Assembly (NCBI RefSeq): GCF_006345805.1
Contig: NC_042999.1
Span: 81,716,001 to 81,780,000, forward strand
From: Octopus sinensis
Lineage: Eukaryota
Direction of reading: 5' to 3'
Length of the DNA stretch: 64,000 bases
Shown: positions 26,857-40,181 of the stretch, piece by piece
How the letters are laid out: each line of letters starts with the position of its first letter
How positions within the stretch are numbered: position 1 is the stretch's first letter
The notes under the pieces: model-generated
Databases searched by the model: none
Seen by the model: the letters and a program-made list of their open reading frames with translations, nothing else
Told to the model about the DNA's origin: nothing
Position numbers and translations under genes: made by a program

Positions 26857-28020
26857 GAATTTCTTTCTCCATCGTTTCTCATATAACGTTTCCAGCTTTG
26901 CCATGTTGTCTTCTTTCCAAGTTCAACATAAAGTTATAATTGTTTTATAGCATGTTTTTACTATTACAGTGTTTCACTCCGTGCAAATTAATTGTTTACT
27001 GACCTTTGCTCCCCCTTTGCAGAAGCAGAAAAGGTGATCAGTTATCTCCCAGAAGTTTTTTTTATTTCACCTATAACAGATTAATGTTTTATTTCGGATG
27101 CAGTTCTCAAAACATAGTTAGAGGCTGTTCCTGTACTTCTGTCAAATCCATCAGATTCTTTTTTACGTCAAATACCATATTCCCCACCAAAAGAAAAAAA
27201 CCATCCGACAGCTGCTCAAAATTTGACCGGTTTTACACAATCCTTAAATTATGTAAGTTTTCATTTTTTTTTTGAGAGTATATTCTTTTCAGGTTACCTT
27301 CATTTCAATATACAAAATTTTATTAAGTTCCCACGTCGTCATAGATGCTAAAATCCGTTATTGCTAGAAGATTATTCTGTTATCATTAATTCTCTTCGTT
27401 ATCTTTATGTCTGAAGTCGCCCATGCTAATGTACTTAATCCCGCGCAGCTTACTTTTACCGTCTTAGCAAATGGATTATTTTCTTTAAATCATACACCAA
27501 CACTAAATAACATAAAGAATACTTATTCTCCCATTTTTGTAGTTCATATGGACGTTTTAAGTGCCAATACGCTATGTTTTAGGATGATAACAAGTAACAT
27601 AGTAAAGTAAGAGTCATGTAGATAAATGCTGGTTTTAATAGCTACACGTCCAGTTAACTGAATGATCACGCGTTAGTTCGTTGTCAAATGTGTCATAATA
27701 GTAACGTAGATATTAATGGGGATTTCACTGGTGCTTTATCTGAAGCCATTTATTTCAATGAATTCTAATAAATGATCGTCTATCTTCTCAGTGATAACAA
27801 CCTGCTACTATGTGAAGGAACGGAATGGATTCAATGGTTCCTCAAGAATTTTATACTAATCTTTCTCCTCGTTGTTTTTGGGATTTTTTCTTTTCATAAT
27901 CAAACTTGTTTGCTTGTTAACTATCCATGTCGGTACATTTCTTGAACTGCACTTAGATTTTAATGATTTTCAACTTAGATATGTAAGACTCTTTGCCCGG
28001 ATATTACAAATTCAATTTTA

Positions 28021-29040
28021 CGAGGGGCATTCCTGAAGTTTTGCGAAATTCTCAGGAGTGACGTTTGTTAACTTCGAAAAGTACAATGCTTATGTCACTT
28101 TCAGCGCAGGAGCATGACGTCATTGCACATGTTACAGCACTATAGCAACGTCTTGAAGGTATTCTTTTAAACTGAATGCATGCAGGAACCTTGTCACAGC
28201 CCCCTTCACCTCAATGTTTTCAAAAGCACTACGTCTCAGGCTTTGTTTCAGTTTGGGTAAAAATAAAACAACAAGGTACAGGGGACAATGTTGCGGCTGA
28301 AGAAGGTTCTAAGACAGTTTTCATGACCATTTCAGTCACGTCGTTGCTTAACAGACTCGAATTGTGCACTGATACAATGCTTTGGTAGAGGTGCCACCCA
28401 CCGAGTGGGCGGAGGTTTGCCTTTTTCCACGAAATCTCTTCCTGAATTCCCTGGAAACATTCACAAGAACTCTATGTTTACCGTCTGGCCAGTGGCAAAC
28501 GAGTGGATACAGATGATGCCCTAGATATCGAAACGGGATCGTTATGTATTTCCCTGTGGATTTTCCTGGCCTACTTGGGTCAGTGGAACCAGGATGCTTC
28601 CCTTGGTCAATCTCTTGGTGTCTGCATCGTTATTGTAGACCCAGTTTTCATCATAAGTTACCAGAAACTCAGGGATTAGAGGTAATTAGCACAACCATTT
28701 CCCTGCTGTCACTAATGCGTCTTCCCTTCTGTTCATCGCTAAGAATTCTGGGAACAAATTTCGCACACGTTTTGTGCGTGTTCAGATCTTCATGAAAACT
28801 TTTGTGTGTAGTTGCCACACCAAATCCAAACTGTACGCCTATTTTATGTATAGACACAAGACGATCTTCCTGCAGAAAATTGCGTATCGTCTAAACCAAT
28901 TCTTATTTTGTGACATCCCACTCTCCTTGCACCTCTCCTCAGCGCGCCCTTCCTTTCTACCATGCTTGAAGCTCGTGTGCCAGCGAAAATCAGATGTTCG
29001 GTTTATACAAGTTAATTCATAATCCGTGTGGTGCATGCCC
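28021..29040 (-). mobile_element. Decayed mariner transposase gene
   Basis: Minus strand reads HEDLNTHKTCAKFVPRILSDEQKGRR, LVTYDENWVYNNDADTKR, GQTVNIEF and PKLKQSLRR. TA+CGAGGGGCATT TIR at 28019-28032. Confidence 0.88.
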
Positions 29041-29429
29041 TATGACCCTCTAGCAATTCTTCCTCGTTTAACACAAGACTTTATTGCATAGAGAGCTTGC
29101 AAATTGTCTTCACGTCCTGACTGCATTCTACAAAGTAGTACTTCTTTGTTTGCGTCAAACTAAACTAGCAACGGGGCAAAAGAATTATGTACCATATTCA
29201 AAAAATTAGTATTTGTCTCAGTCTGATCGACCAAAATTTTCAAAGTAGTCACTTCGCAGGATTGCTCTCTATTGACTGTAAAACATAAAAGAATACGAGT
29301 ATAGAAGAATGAGAATATTGTGTGTATAAGTGTGTGTGTGTGTGTGTGTGAGCATATGTGTGTTTGTATGCGTGTCCGTATGTGTGTGTGGTGTGTGTGT
29401 GTATCTCGATATTGTTCATCATATATTTG

Positions 29430-29600
29430 CTTCAGACATTTCACTGCGGCCATGCAGAATAATTTAAGACGAATGAATCTACCTCAGTACGTGTTATTCT
29501 TTTAACCTATTACTTGTTCTACCGGGCTCTTTCGTCGGAACCGTAATCTAGGAGGACATAAAGAAACCAATACATGTTGTGAAGGGGTGTTGGGGGAAAA
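29430..29600 (-). mobile_element. Degenerate CORE-type SINE 3' part
   Basis: ttcagacatttcactgcggccatgc tail and cggaaccgtaa body, diverged from the 62028 family. Confidence 0.55.
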
Positions 29601-30079
29601 AACACGCGCGTACAAAAACACGCGAGCTAACAAAGCAAGTACACATATGCGCGTGTGTGTGTGTGTATACACATTCACGTAAGTACACACACAATTATAT
29701 ATATATACATATATATATATTTGATAGAATAAGTAGAGATGAGATGGCTTTTTTGAGGAGATCATTTTTATTTTAACCTTTACAGTGAGTTAATCTGATA
29801 CGAGTTTCCCTTCTTCAAGAAGCTGTTTTCAAACTGAAAAATGTTTGTTTAACTGTTTGCTTAAAAAGCAATAGTTTTTTTTTTAGAAGTACCCATACAA
29901 GAAAATATACACAACACAAGCAAAAGCATATATAAACATCCATTTTACAGTTTGAAAACGGATACTTGAAGCTCAAAAGTCATTAATTGTAAGATTAAAA
30001 TATATATTACCCTCTGAAAAGAGCCATCCCTACGCATTCTTTCAAATATATAATACTGTACCAAGAACTTTCTCTTTAT

Positions 30080-30117
<38 letters not shown>

Positions 30118-30259
30118 ATATATTTATATTATATTGAGGGTACTACTATTCGTAGATACCAACACGCTAAGAGGGACCAATGCGGTCAAAACTACTAAAA
30201 ATAAACAAAATTTTACCGAATGCAAAACTTCAAAACACATCATTTTAAAAAAGAATTCA

Positions 30260-30325
30260 GTTACATATCACATGTGATTTCGCATTTAAATGCAGAATAT
30301 GTATTTTTATGTTCATCAGTGCAAC
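30260..30325 (-). ncRNA. Minimal type I hammerhead ribozyme (minus copy)
   Basis: Reverse complement of 30871-30936 with one substitution in the stem II region. Confidence 0.75.
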
Positions 30326-30870
30326 AAACTCAAGAAATATAAGAGAAAAACATAACATTACAAGCTCGATAGCCAACCGTAGAATTCGTCGTAGCATGTC
30401 CGAATGTTTATCTTTACATATCTATGAAAATGGCGGGCTTATTCGAAATGCATTTCGGTTACAAATTGTCTATTCGGAATAAAAATTCAGTATTGAAATA
30501 TTCCGGTGAAAAATATAAATTAACAATTGAGGATAAAATCTTTAAAAGAAATTATCAGTAGTCAGCGTGAAAAACCTCGTAAGAGAAAAAATCCGTAAAT
30601 TCTTCCTCTTTGGAAATATTCATTTATATAAGAAATACTGATAATTTCTTTTAAAGATTTTATCCTCAATTGTTAATTTATATTTTTCACCGGAATAGTT
30701 CAATACTGAATTTTTATTCCGAATAGACAATTTGTAACCGAAATGCATTGCGAATAAGCCCGCCATTTTCATAGATATGTAAAGATAAACATTCGGACAT
30801 GCTACGACGAATTCTACGGTTGGCTATCGAGCTTGTAATGTTATGTTTTTCTCTTATATTTCTTGAGTTT

Positions 30871-30936
30871 GTTGCACTGATGAACATAAAAATGCATATT
30901 CTGCATTTAAATGCGAAATCACATGTGATATGTAAC
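30871..30936 (+). ncRNA. Minimal type I hammerhead ribozyme (plus copy)
   Basis: GUUGCA CUGAUGA [acauaaaaaugcauauucugcauuuaaaugc] GAAA UCACAUGUGA U A UGUAAC. Stem I is 6 bp with one G-U, the core is intact, stem III is palindromic and the triplet is AUA. Pair 10.1-11.1 is an A-C mismatch. Confidence 0.75.
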
Positions 30937-31172
30937 TGAATTCCTTTTTAAAATGATGTGTTTTGAAGTTTTGCATTCGGTAAAAGTTTGTTTATTTTTA
31001 GTAGTTTTGACCGCATTGGTCCCTCTTAGCGTGTTGGTATCTACGAATAGTAGTACCCTCAATATAATATAAATGAATATTTCCAAAGAGGAAGAATTTA
31101 CGGATTTTTTCTCTTACGAGGTTTTTCACGCTGACTATTGATAATTTCTTTTAAAGATTTTATCCTCAATTG

Positions 31173-31228
<56 letters not shown>

Positions 31229-31239
31229 ATATATATATA

Positions 31240-32250
31240 CATTGGATTAAGTATTTCCTGGCGAATAGAACACAACATGTTGTAGTTGATGGAGTCCACT
31301 CAAGCCCAGCAAAAGTCACCAGCGGTGTCCCGCAGGGGACAGCTTGGGTCCGCTACTCTTTATAATTTACATAAACGATCTTTCCAGTGTCGTACATTAC
31401 TGCAAGTGAAAATATTTGCTGATGACACTAAGCTCCAGCAAATCGTCAATGAAGAAGCAGACCGAACTCAACTCCAGTCTGAATGAGGGAAAATTTGAGC
31501 TGATGCATTTTGGAAGTAATTCCTCACTAAAACAGCCATACTCTCTTCCATCATGGGAACCGCACAGAGCCTGTAACAATATCAGAGACCTAGGTGTAAT
31601 TGTTGAGGACGATCTCAGTTGGAGTGCACACATCAACACTAAGGTCGATATAGCTCGTAGGATGAGTTCCTGTATCTTAAGAACATTCCGATCCAGAGAA
31701 CAAGGTGTCATCATACCAATTTTCTCCTCCTTTGTACGGCCACACCTCGAATACTGCTGTCCACTGTGGTCTCCCCATACAGGACAAAACATCTCGAGGA
31801 TTGAATCACCCCAGAGGGCACTCACTAAACGAATTGAAGGCATGGCTGCTCTCGATTATGGGATCGTCTTAAAGTCTTGAAACTCTACTCTCTCCAGCGT
31901 CGTCGCCGTGAGCGGTACATCATTTGTACGATGTGGAGAATACACCACCAACTTTGCCCAAATGATCTGAACATTAGCTTCAAGGTTCAACCAAGACTGG
32001 GACCACGGGCCATACGTCTCCTGCCCAATTCAAGATCACAGCATGTACACTGCAACATAATTTCTTTTCCTCAACAGGCCCTGCCCTATTTAACATTGTC
32101 CCGAAAGAGATCAAAGAGGAAAAGGATCCCATCAACTTTAAACGGAGTCTGGATAGATTCCTGCAAGGAATACCAGATAAGACACCCATAATTGGATACA
32201 ACTCACCCAACAAAGACTCACTACTTGAATGGACCATAAACAAAACTTGA
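31240..32250 (+). mobile_element. 5'-truncated, frameshifted CR1/L2-group LINE RT (second family)
   Basis: SGVPQG, FADDTKL, DLGVIVEDDLSWSAHI, FVRPHLEYCCPLWSPH and LYSLQRRR motifs spread across broken frames. Confidence 0.9.
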
Positions 32251-32306
32251 CGTAAACAGGATTCAGATAAACATATCTAAGTTTATCTAAGTTTATATAT
32301 ATATAT

Positions 32307-32431
<125 letters not shown>

Positions 32432-32440
32432 CATATATAT

Positions 32441-32481
<41 letters not shown>

Positions 32482-32484
<3 letters not shown>

Positions 32485-32680
32485 CGGAGATGTACTCGCA
32501 TAGTAAGTAATTTCATCTGAGATCGTGTCCTGAAACGAAAACAATTGCAGCGTGGAAGGTGTTTATAAGCCATTTAAGAAACACAAAAGCCGTTCGATTC
32601 ACTTCAACATTTAAGTTTAATTTGTCAAAATATTTTCGTCGCTAAAATCCGCGACCTGTTCACTGACAAAGTCCGTGCTG
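32482..32680 (-). repeat. Unclassified repeat carrying a variant hammerhead-like fold (Penelope pLTR-like)
   Basis: Island between (TA)n arrays. Minus strand 32670-32621 folds with three stems and a GUGAACA core. Confidence 0.5.
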
Positions 32681-32701
32681 TTATATATGTATATATATAC
32701 A

Positions 32702-32745
<44 letters not shown>

Positions 32746-32792
32746 CTACTATATATATATATATGTACACATACATGCATACATATATACAT

Positions 32793-32925
<133 letters not shown>

Positions 32926-33134
32926 ATAAAATATTAGGGAATAAATCCAAACTTACAGGGAAACATCAGATTTAGGATTGAATCCAATTTTATAGTAAAA
33001 TATTATATTATATTAAATTAGAGATAAAACCACTATTAGGCAAATCATACAATAATATAAATTAATTAATCTTATGTATTGGCTTAAGTTTTTTATTGTA
33101 TGATTTGCCTAATAGTGGTTTTATCTCTAATTTA

Positions 33135-33164
<30 letters not shown>

Positions 33165-33166
<2 letters not shown>

Positions 33167-33292
33167 CGAATGGTCTTCTTTCAATTGTGTCTACCAAGTC
33201 CCCAGGTTATATTAGACAACACTCATCCAAAGTGCCAAGCAGTGCGATTGAACTCACAGCCCTGCGGTAGCAAGACGTAACGCATGGGCCAA
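33165..33292 (-). mobile_element. Degenerate CORE-type SINE 5' part
   Basis: tctttcaattgtgtctaccaagtcc and caaagtgccaagcagtgcgattgaactc resemble the reverse complement of the SINE head. Confidence 0.55.
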
Positions 33293-33858
33293 TGACGTAG
33301 GATTGTATTCCAAACAATATTAAAAATTTACTCTGTGGAACTTTCATATTTTTCAATGTTATTGTAAATATAAGCGACAATGTTTGCAGCATTTTGCTAT
33401 TAACCACGAAGACAATTTTAAAAGAACAGGGATATTAATTAAAATACATAAAATTATTTGAAACAGTAAAGATGAATTACTAGTTTTTTGCCCGTTTTTA
33501 AAAAACAAAATATTCATCTAAATGTATAAAAATTTATTCCGAGAATAGACAAAATGTTTCACAGATATTTTTTTCATATTTATTAAATATTGATTTTCTT
33601 GTTACGTAAGTTTGAAATAGGAGAATTTTTAGATAACATCCGAGAAGTAAATCTCAGATTAAAAACAAGGATTACTTTAAATAGAATAAAAGTTGTTAAT
33701 CTTAAAATATTTCTGACTTTCGGTCATTTCAAATAACCAATTGCCCCAAGCTATGTTCTTCTCCTTGTCTCCCTCGCTCTCTTTACTTCACATGTGTGTG
33801 TATGTATATATATATATATACACATACACACACACATATATGTGTGTATGCATGCATA

Positions 33859-33949
<91 letters not shown>

Positions 33950-33955
33950 ATATAT

Positions 33956-34018
<63 letters not shown>

Positions 34019-34045
34019 TATGTATATATATATATATATAATATA

Positions 34046-34094
<49 letters not shown>

Positions 34095-34589
34095 TCTCCC
34101 CTGTGTCTGTATCCATATATATACTTATAAGTGCATTCCCTTGCGTAGCGTGTGTAGACGCTTACGTAAGGTGAGATGATGTTTCAACATTCTTTCGTTT
34201 TAACACCCTGTGTTCAAAATTTTAGTGTGTTCATTTATGCTTTTACAGCATTGAAAAAAGTTTTGTTAAAATATACGTTTCTTTTAAATGGATTTACTAA
34301 CTAGAATATTTATAAAAGTGACTATCATTTACCGAATCTTGAGCGTAGTAGATGCTTAATCGAGCTATTCTGCAATCGTCTAAAATTAAGTGTATTAGGA
34401 TTCGAACTGGAAATAAATACATATGTTCGAGACACTCTAAAGAATCCCGATACTTGCTAGTTAGCAGTTCACATCCAGTAAAAAGCGATCTAAATATAAT
34501 GGCCAACTTCTTTCAACTTACCACTTTCTTCTCCCTGACATTAACTGTAATATTTTCTGTCTAACCTAACTTGGTTATTAATTTTCATG

Positions 34590-34753
34590 CAGATTAGATC
34601 GACACCAGTACGCATCTAGTATTTAATTTATTGACCGCGAAAGGATGAAACGCAAAGTCAACCTCGGCGGACTTTGAACTCAGAACAAAAAGACAGATGA
34701 AATATCGCTCAGCATTTCGCCCGACGTGCTAAGTTTCCAGCCTGCTCGCCGCC
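34590..34753 (-). mobile_element. tRNA-derived SINE (second family)
   Basis: gaaaggatgaaacgcaaagtcaacctcggcggactttgaactcagaac ... gcatttcgcccgacgtgctaag. Confidence 0.8.
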
Positions 34754-35677
34754 TTTACACATCAAAATATTGATTTTAGTTTACTTTCATACAATAAAAT
34801 CTATAAAAGGTCGGTATTTCAGCAACATTTCAGCAGTTATTTAGTGTTAGTTGGCCCCTTCAGATAGAGATTAATTATTCAGTTTAAAGAATGCTTAAAC
34901 TGGAAAAGGCTTGTGAACACATGCAGAGACACACATAAACATACACATTCACAAACACATACACATACACACACACTCACACACACACACTCTTATATAC
35001 ATACATATATATATACACATACGTTACTTAAATGTATTATAAAGTTATGTTAGTGTAACTTTTGCTCTGGATTGTTGAAATATCTATGAAGATTTTTGTA
35101 AGAAATGTAGACGAGTGTACCGAACTGTCTCTTCTGAGTTATGTTCATAATTCTTCTTCTGATATAGAAATCAGCAAAGAAATCTTTATTGATATGAGAA
35201 CAAGTTAAGCAGAATAGAATAACATACGTATTTGAAACACTACTAGATTAAAATTTCATTGGTTTCAACAACGAAAGATCTTTGCAAAATGTTCTTCTGA
35301 AAAAGATATTACATCTGCTGTTGTTCCACGTATTGTAGAAGTTATAAACTCGTGTATGTTTTTATGATTTTTCAAGTGCGCGAATTTATTTAATTATGGC
35401 TTGGTTAGTTTTCGAGAAAACCAAAATCAATTTCTTCCGCTGATATCTATGCTGTGTGGGTGGAGGCATTATGTTCCGTGTAGTCATTATTGGAGAGAAT
35501 AAATCAAACTGAAACACCACATGCACTCATCTACCAGTTTTCAGGGAGACGTCCTGTTTTTTTTAACTCCCAAATCCCTTTAAAAGTAGTTTTCTCTGAG
35601 ATAAAATATTACACTTAGTGTCGCTCTATGTGTGTACATACAATATAAATAATATAAATAATATAAATAATATATAT

Positions 35678-35714
<37 letters not shown>

Positions 35715-36704
35715 GCCGGTGTTTGAATTTAATATTCTTTCAACAACCTATGCTAATTATAATCTGGTCTATTTTCGATAAGAACAGTTAGCAACTTCTA
35801 TACCGGAATGATCCTTTTCGGTTTATCAAAGAATAACCTGCTTGTTTAGGACTGAGGAAATAAAATAAGCTTGAAACACCCTGCCTGGCAATCCTTAGTT
35901 ATGTAAACTGATAATCTGTTTTTAACATGCAATTCTCATATATTCTCTGTTATATTCGATCAATGTTCATATCAATAACACAGACGCACAGACGCACAGA
36001 CACACAGACACACAAGTACAGGTATATATTTGAGAGGGTAGAAGAACAAGTGGAATAAATCATACTTTTAAGGTTGTTCTTTTTCTAAATCTGCATTTGA
36101 AGAAATCCCCTGAAGCGAAGTTTTTCTTGGTGTAGTGTCGAATGGTCTCTGTATCTATTACCACTTCGTTAAAGATAGGCTTTTAGGCTCTCATAATTCA
36201 TAGTTGGTTATGCATGAACATCTATAGCTTCAACTTACTTTTTACTTTCGAAAGAGGAAAAGGAGTAAAAAAATATCCGAAGAAAAGTCTAGTGTGAAAA
36301 AGAAAATTTAGTGTGAAAATAGTCATAATTGTATTTTGTATTTTTCTTCTGCAAAAGTAGCACTAATTTGAAACATTATATTTACTTTTCACAGTGACGT
36401 TGAAAACGTGCTAAAGCACACGACATGTTAACTCAAAGCACATATTTGAGCTTTAAGCTTACATTCTATCTATCAATATCCTGCCTTCATTATATTTCAA
36501 TGCAAGAACTATTTTACAATTTAGGTAGACCATTTTAGAAATGTCCTCAGAGTAAATTATAAATAGTTACTAGCTTACATTATTACTTTGGTCAGAAATA
36601 TGAGAAAAGAAATAACGATAAATCGATCTGCAACGTTGAAACTCGTTGGAAGATTATTAATTTGCTCTCCCTCACTGAAAGGAAAGTAGTGTGAATGAAC
36701 CACA

Positions 36705-36769
<65 letters not shown>

Positions 36770-37369
36770 CTATATATCTTATGATAAAAGGCAGGTTTTC
36801 TCTGCCTCCCACATAGTTTATTTTTAATACAATTGTACAATATAGAATTTCTTCAATTGGAATTTACCTATGATTTTTCGAAGTAGATTCCATTGGGTCA
36901 TGGCATATACATTTTTTTCAATTTCACCCCCAATTCAGCAAAAATTCGAGAAAACTCAATATTTCACGATTTGCCTCTCTCATTTCAAATGCTTTACTCC
37001 TGCTATTACCACACTTTTTCCTACATATCACACATTCTGCTACTTTCTCTTATTAATGCTTAAACCAATCCTCAAAAAAAGGAAACAGACATCTGTCGCT
37101 AACATTTGGTAGTATTCATTGGCGAGCGTACTTCAGTTGTCAATTGTTGAAAGAAAGAAATGGTAAGCTAGAAGGTGTGTGTGTGTATATGTGCGTGCGT
37201 GTGTGTATGTGTGTCTGTGTGTGTGTGTGAGTGTGTGTGTGTGTGTGTAGGAAGTCAAGGATAAAAATATGGCAAGAAGTGGACAGATGTACATATATAC
37301 ATACATACATCCATACATACATGCATGTGTGTGTGTGTGTGTATGTATGTGTATTAGTGTGTGTGTGTT

Positions 37370-37763
37370 ATCTCTCTATATTTAAAGCTGAAGTTGTTTG
37401 TGTGCGGCAGGTTTGGTAGCCTTCAACTAACACTATCTTCTCCGAGATCCTGCGGAGCAAGTTGACCAAAATTGAGAGTATGATAGAAGAATGGTTGCTC
37501 TTCCTTCCGTAGAAGATAAAATTCAAATCGGACCATGTTAAGACCAAAACTTATTTACATCAAAAAGGTGCTTTTATCAATGAAAATCCCTATTTTTTAC
37601 GATTTTTTCACTGCTGTGTCGCCACTTTTCGATGTATTTCAACCAGAAAAATGTTCACTTGAAGAGAATAACAAGCTACATAATGCAACATTTTTACTTT
37701 TCAAAAATTCCAATTCCAGCGGGTTGGAACAAACCCGAGCAACGCCGGGCGATACTGCTAGTA
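37370..37763 (-). mobile_element. Non-autonomous element with a Helitron/Helentron-like terminus
   Basis: Minus strand starts tactagcagtatcgcccggcgttgctcgggtttg (a short cccg/cggg hairpin) and ends cagctttaaatatagagagat. Class assignment is inference. Confidence 0.45.
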
Positions 37764-40081
37764 TATATATAATATTGTATTAAAGGAAATATACACACCA
37801 CATACATGTATTACATTAGAAGAAATATATGTATATATATTTCTTCTAATGTATTGGTATAAGAACACGTAGTGCTTATAGTTTGCTTGAGGTCTTTGTA
37901 TCATATACCGTGTAGTCTTTATGTATATATCGTCAAGATTGCCGCGCAATTCTTAGAGAAAATATCTTGAAAATATCGGTTATGTTCTTTACATATCTAA
38001 GATATGTTTTGGAATCTTTTCACATTTTCTCTTCCTCAGAGAAATTTGTGTTAAACAATCCGTCAGTGTAACATATGATCGCAGCAAAGCTATGCGTTTA
38101 TGCAATAATATCTCCCCTGCGGTTGTCACTTCCTACCTTATCTAACTTCTAAATCAACAATCTTTTCCAATTTACCAGAATACACCTTGTGCAACTTGAA
38201 GACTAGATTTAGTTAATTTTATACTTTTAGTAAGAATCTTGTAGAAACACTCCATATTGGAAATACCCAAATGTTTAAAATAATATATGATTCTATTACA
38301 CATGCTTACATCATAATGAGATATATATTCAAATATTCAAGTTGTTACTTTTGTTTCTATATAATAAAAGTTATTATACCTGCGTGAAAAGAAATGAAAA
38401 CTTTTGGAGTAAATACTTTCTGAAATATAAGTAAACATAAGCATGTGTTGGTTTCCGTTGAGAATTTCATTATTCCACAGCATGGATCCGACTTCGATCC
38501 TGTTACACAGTAGCTTTGCTTGGCGTCGTCCATCATACCGTCCGTTGTTCTATTTCAAAGGCATTTATAAATAATCTTCCCTTATTTTGGCGCAATCCAA
38601 GAAAAATACGAGGGTTGGATTGTCGATTACATCGACACTAGTGCTTAACAGGCACTTATTTTATTTGACCACTAAAATATGAAAGACAAATTCGGAAGAA
38701 TTGCTGCTAAGCATTTTTGCCTGACGCAGTAACGACTCTACCAGCTCACCGCATTAAAGAGATCTATAAATAATAACTTCTGATTTATTTGTTAGAATGT
38801 TAGGAAGGTTTGTACAATATGGCATATTCCCTCTAATATTTAACAGGTTTTGACAAACGAAGTTAATACGATAGAATTAGCTATCTCCCAACTCACGTTT
38901 GCATTGATCAAAGTAGGAATAACATCATGTGGAAGCTGTTGATTATAGTTATGTACAATAACTGAAATGCATAATAAGAAGCAAAGCAATTGCAATAAAG
39001 AACAGGTCTTGAAATTTTAGTGAAATGCAAATATGTTTACTGATGTAATTTATTGCTGCTGTTACTATATTTATCGCCACAATATTTAGACGTTAAATCG
39101 GCATTAACCAGTAAACATGTACTCTGTAAAAGCTGAGAAATCTACTCCTCGGGCAACAATTGAAACATTTTATTCACTTCTAAACCTATCACGGAATATT
39201 CATTGCAAATTGAAACTACTTACTTTATTCAGATTGTTCCAAGCAGTAAAACAGTTACATGTGATGTTTATATGCCACATATACTATTTTCCTCTGGAAT
39301 ATTTCTTGAAAGAAAACAAGTGTGATGTTAAAACTATTGTGAAAATATTCCATATAGGGAATTCAGGAAAGACTCATCATAATGATGATAAGGACTAATT
39401 GGCCAGGAACCGTGTTTATCCCGAAGTCATTGAAATCCAAACAGTATACAATACATTTACTGAGTTTCCAAAATTTGTAATGAAATTCTTTCTCAGAATA
39501 AACATTTCTAGTTCAACTATGTCAGAAGATTGGGACGAAACAAGCTAAATTTCTATGCTTTCCCAGATTAAACTCCACCATCTATAGAATGTTTTTCCTG
39601 AAAATCGAGAGATGCAAATTTAACTTTTCTAATCCGTTTTTAGCGGAAAATTGATTTTCTGTGGAAAAACGATTTTTAGTGCAAAAACGATTTTTAGTGG
39701 GAAAATGAAACGAGTAACTGGCTAGTTTCATTTCATTGTACCTATTAGAACAAAATGCTGGATTTCACTGATAATTTCCTGCTCTTTAACGTTTTCTGCA
39801 GCTTTGTTTACCAAAATAGATATTTGGAAAATGCGCCCCGAGAACCTCATTGTCAAATTCGTTCACTGAATATATATGCACTACTAGTAACATTTACATA
39901 AAATGACATATTTAGTTCTCAAATACCAGGTACTAAAATAATATAGAGCTTCCTCATTTTGAAGGTAAGGCCATTTTATACCATCAGAAGTACCGTCAGA
40001 TGCTTTCCCCAATCTTAATGCCTTCATTTTGAAGTTTGATCATAAATTAATTATTAGCTTCTGCAGAGATGATGATAACGG

Positions 40082-40084
<3 letters not shown>

Positions 40085-40169
<85 letters not shown>

Positions 40170-40181
40170 CATTATTATTAT
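40085..40181. repeat. (TAA/ATT)n array
   Basis: Direct reading. Confidence 0.97.

Larger units (their letters stand above)
30122..31177. mobile_element. Inverted pair of a 500-bp hammerhead-bearing non-coding unit (retrozyme / Penelope pLTR-like)
   Basis: Plus copy 30636-31177 has an exact 500-bp period (gataatttcttttaaagattttatcctcaattgttaat at 30640 and 31140). Minus copy 30122-30629 is one full unit in a different circular permutation. Confidence 0.85.

Noticed and set aside
33860-34090. Quasi-periodic TT/AA phase shifts in long (TA)n arrays
   Set aside because: They cannot be distinguished from slippage or sequencing error without raw reads.
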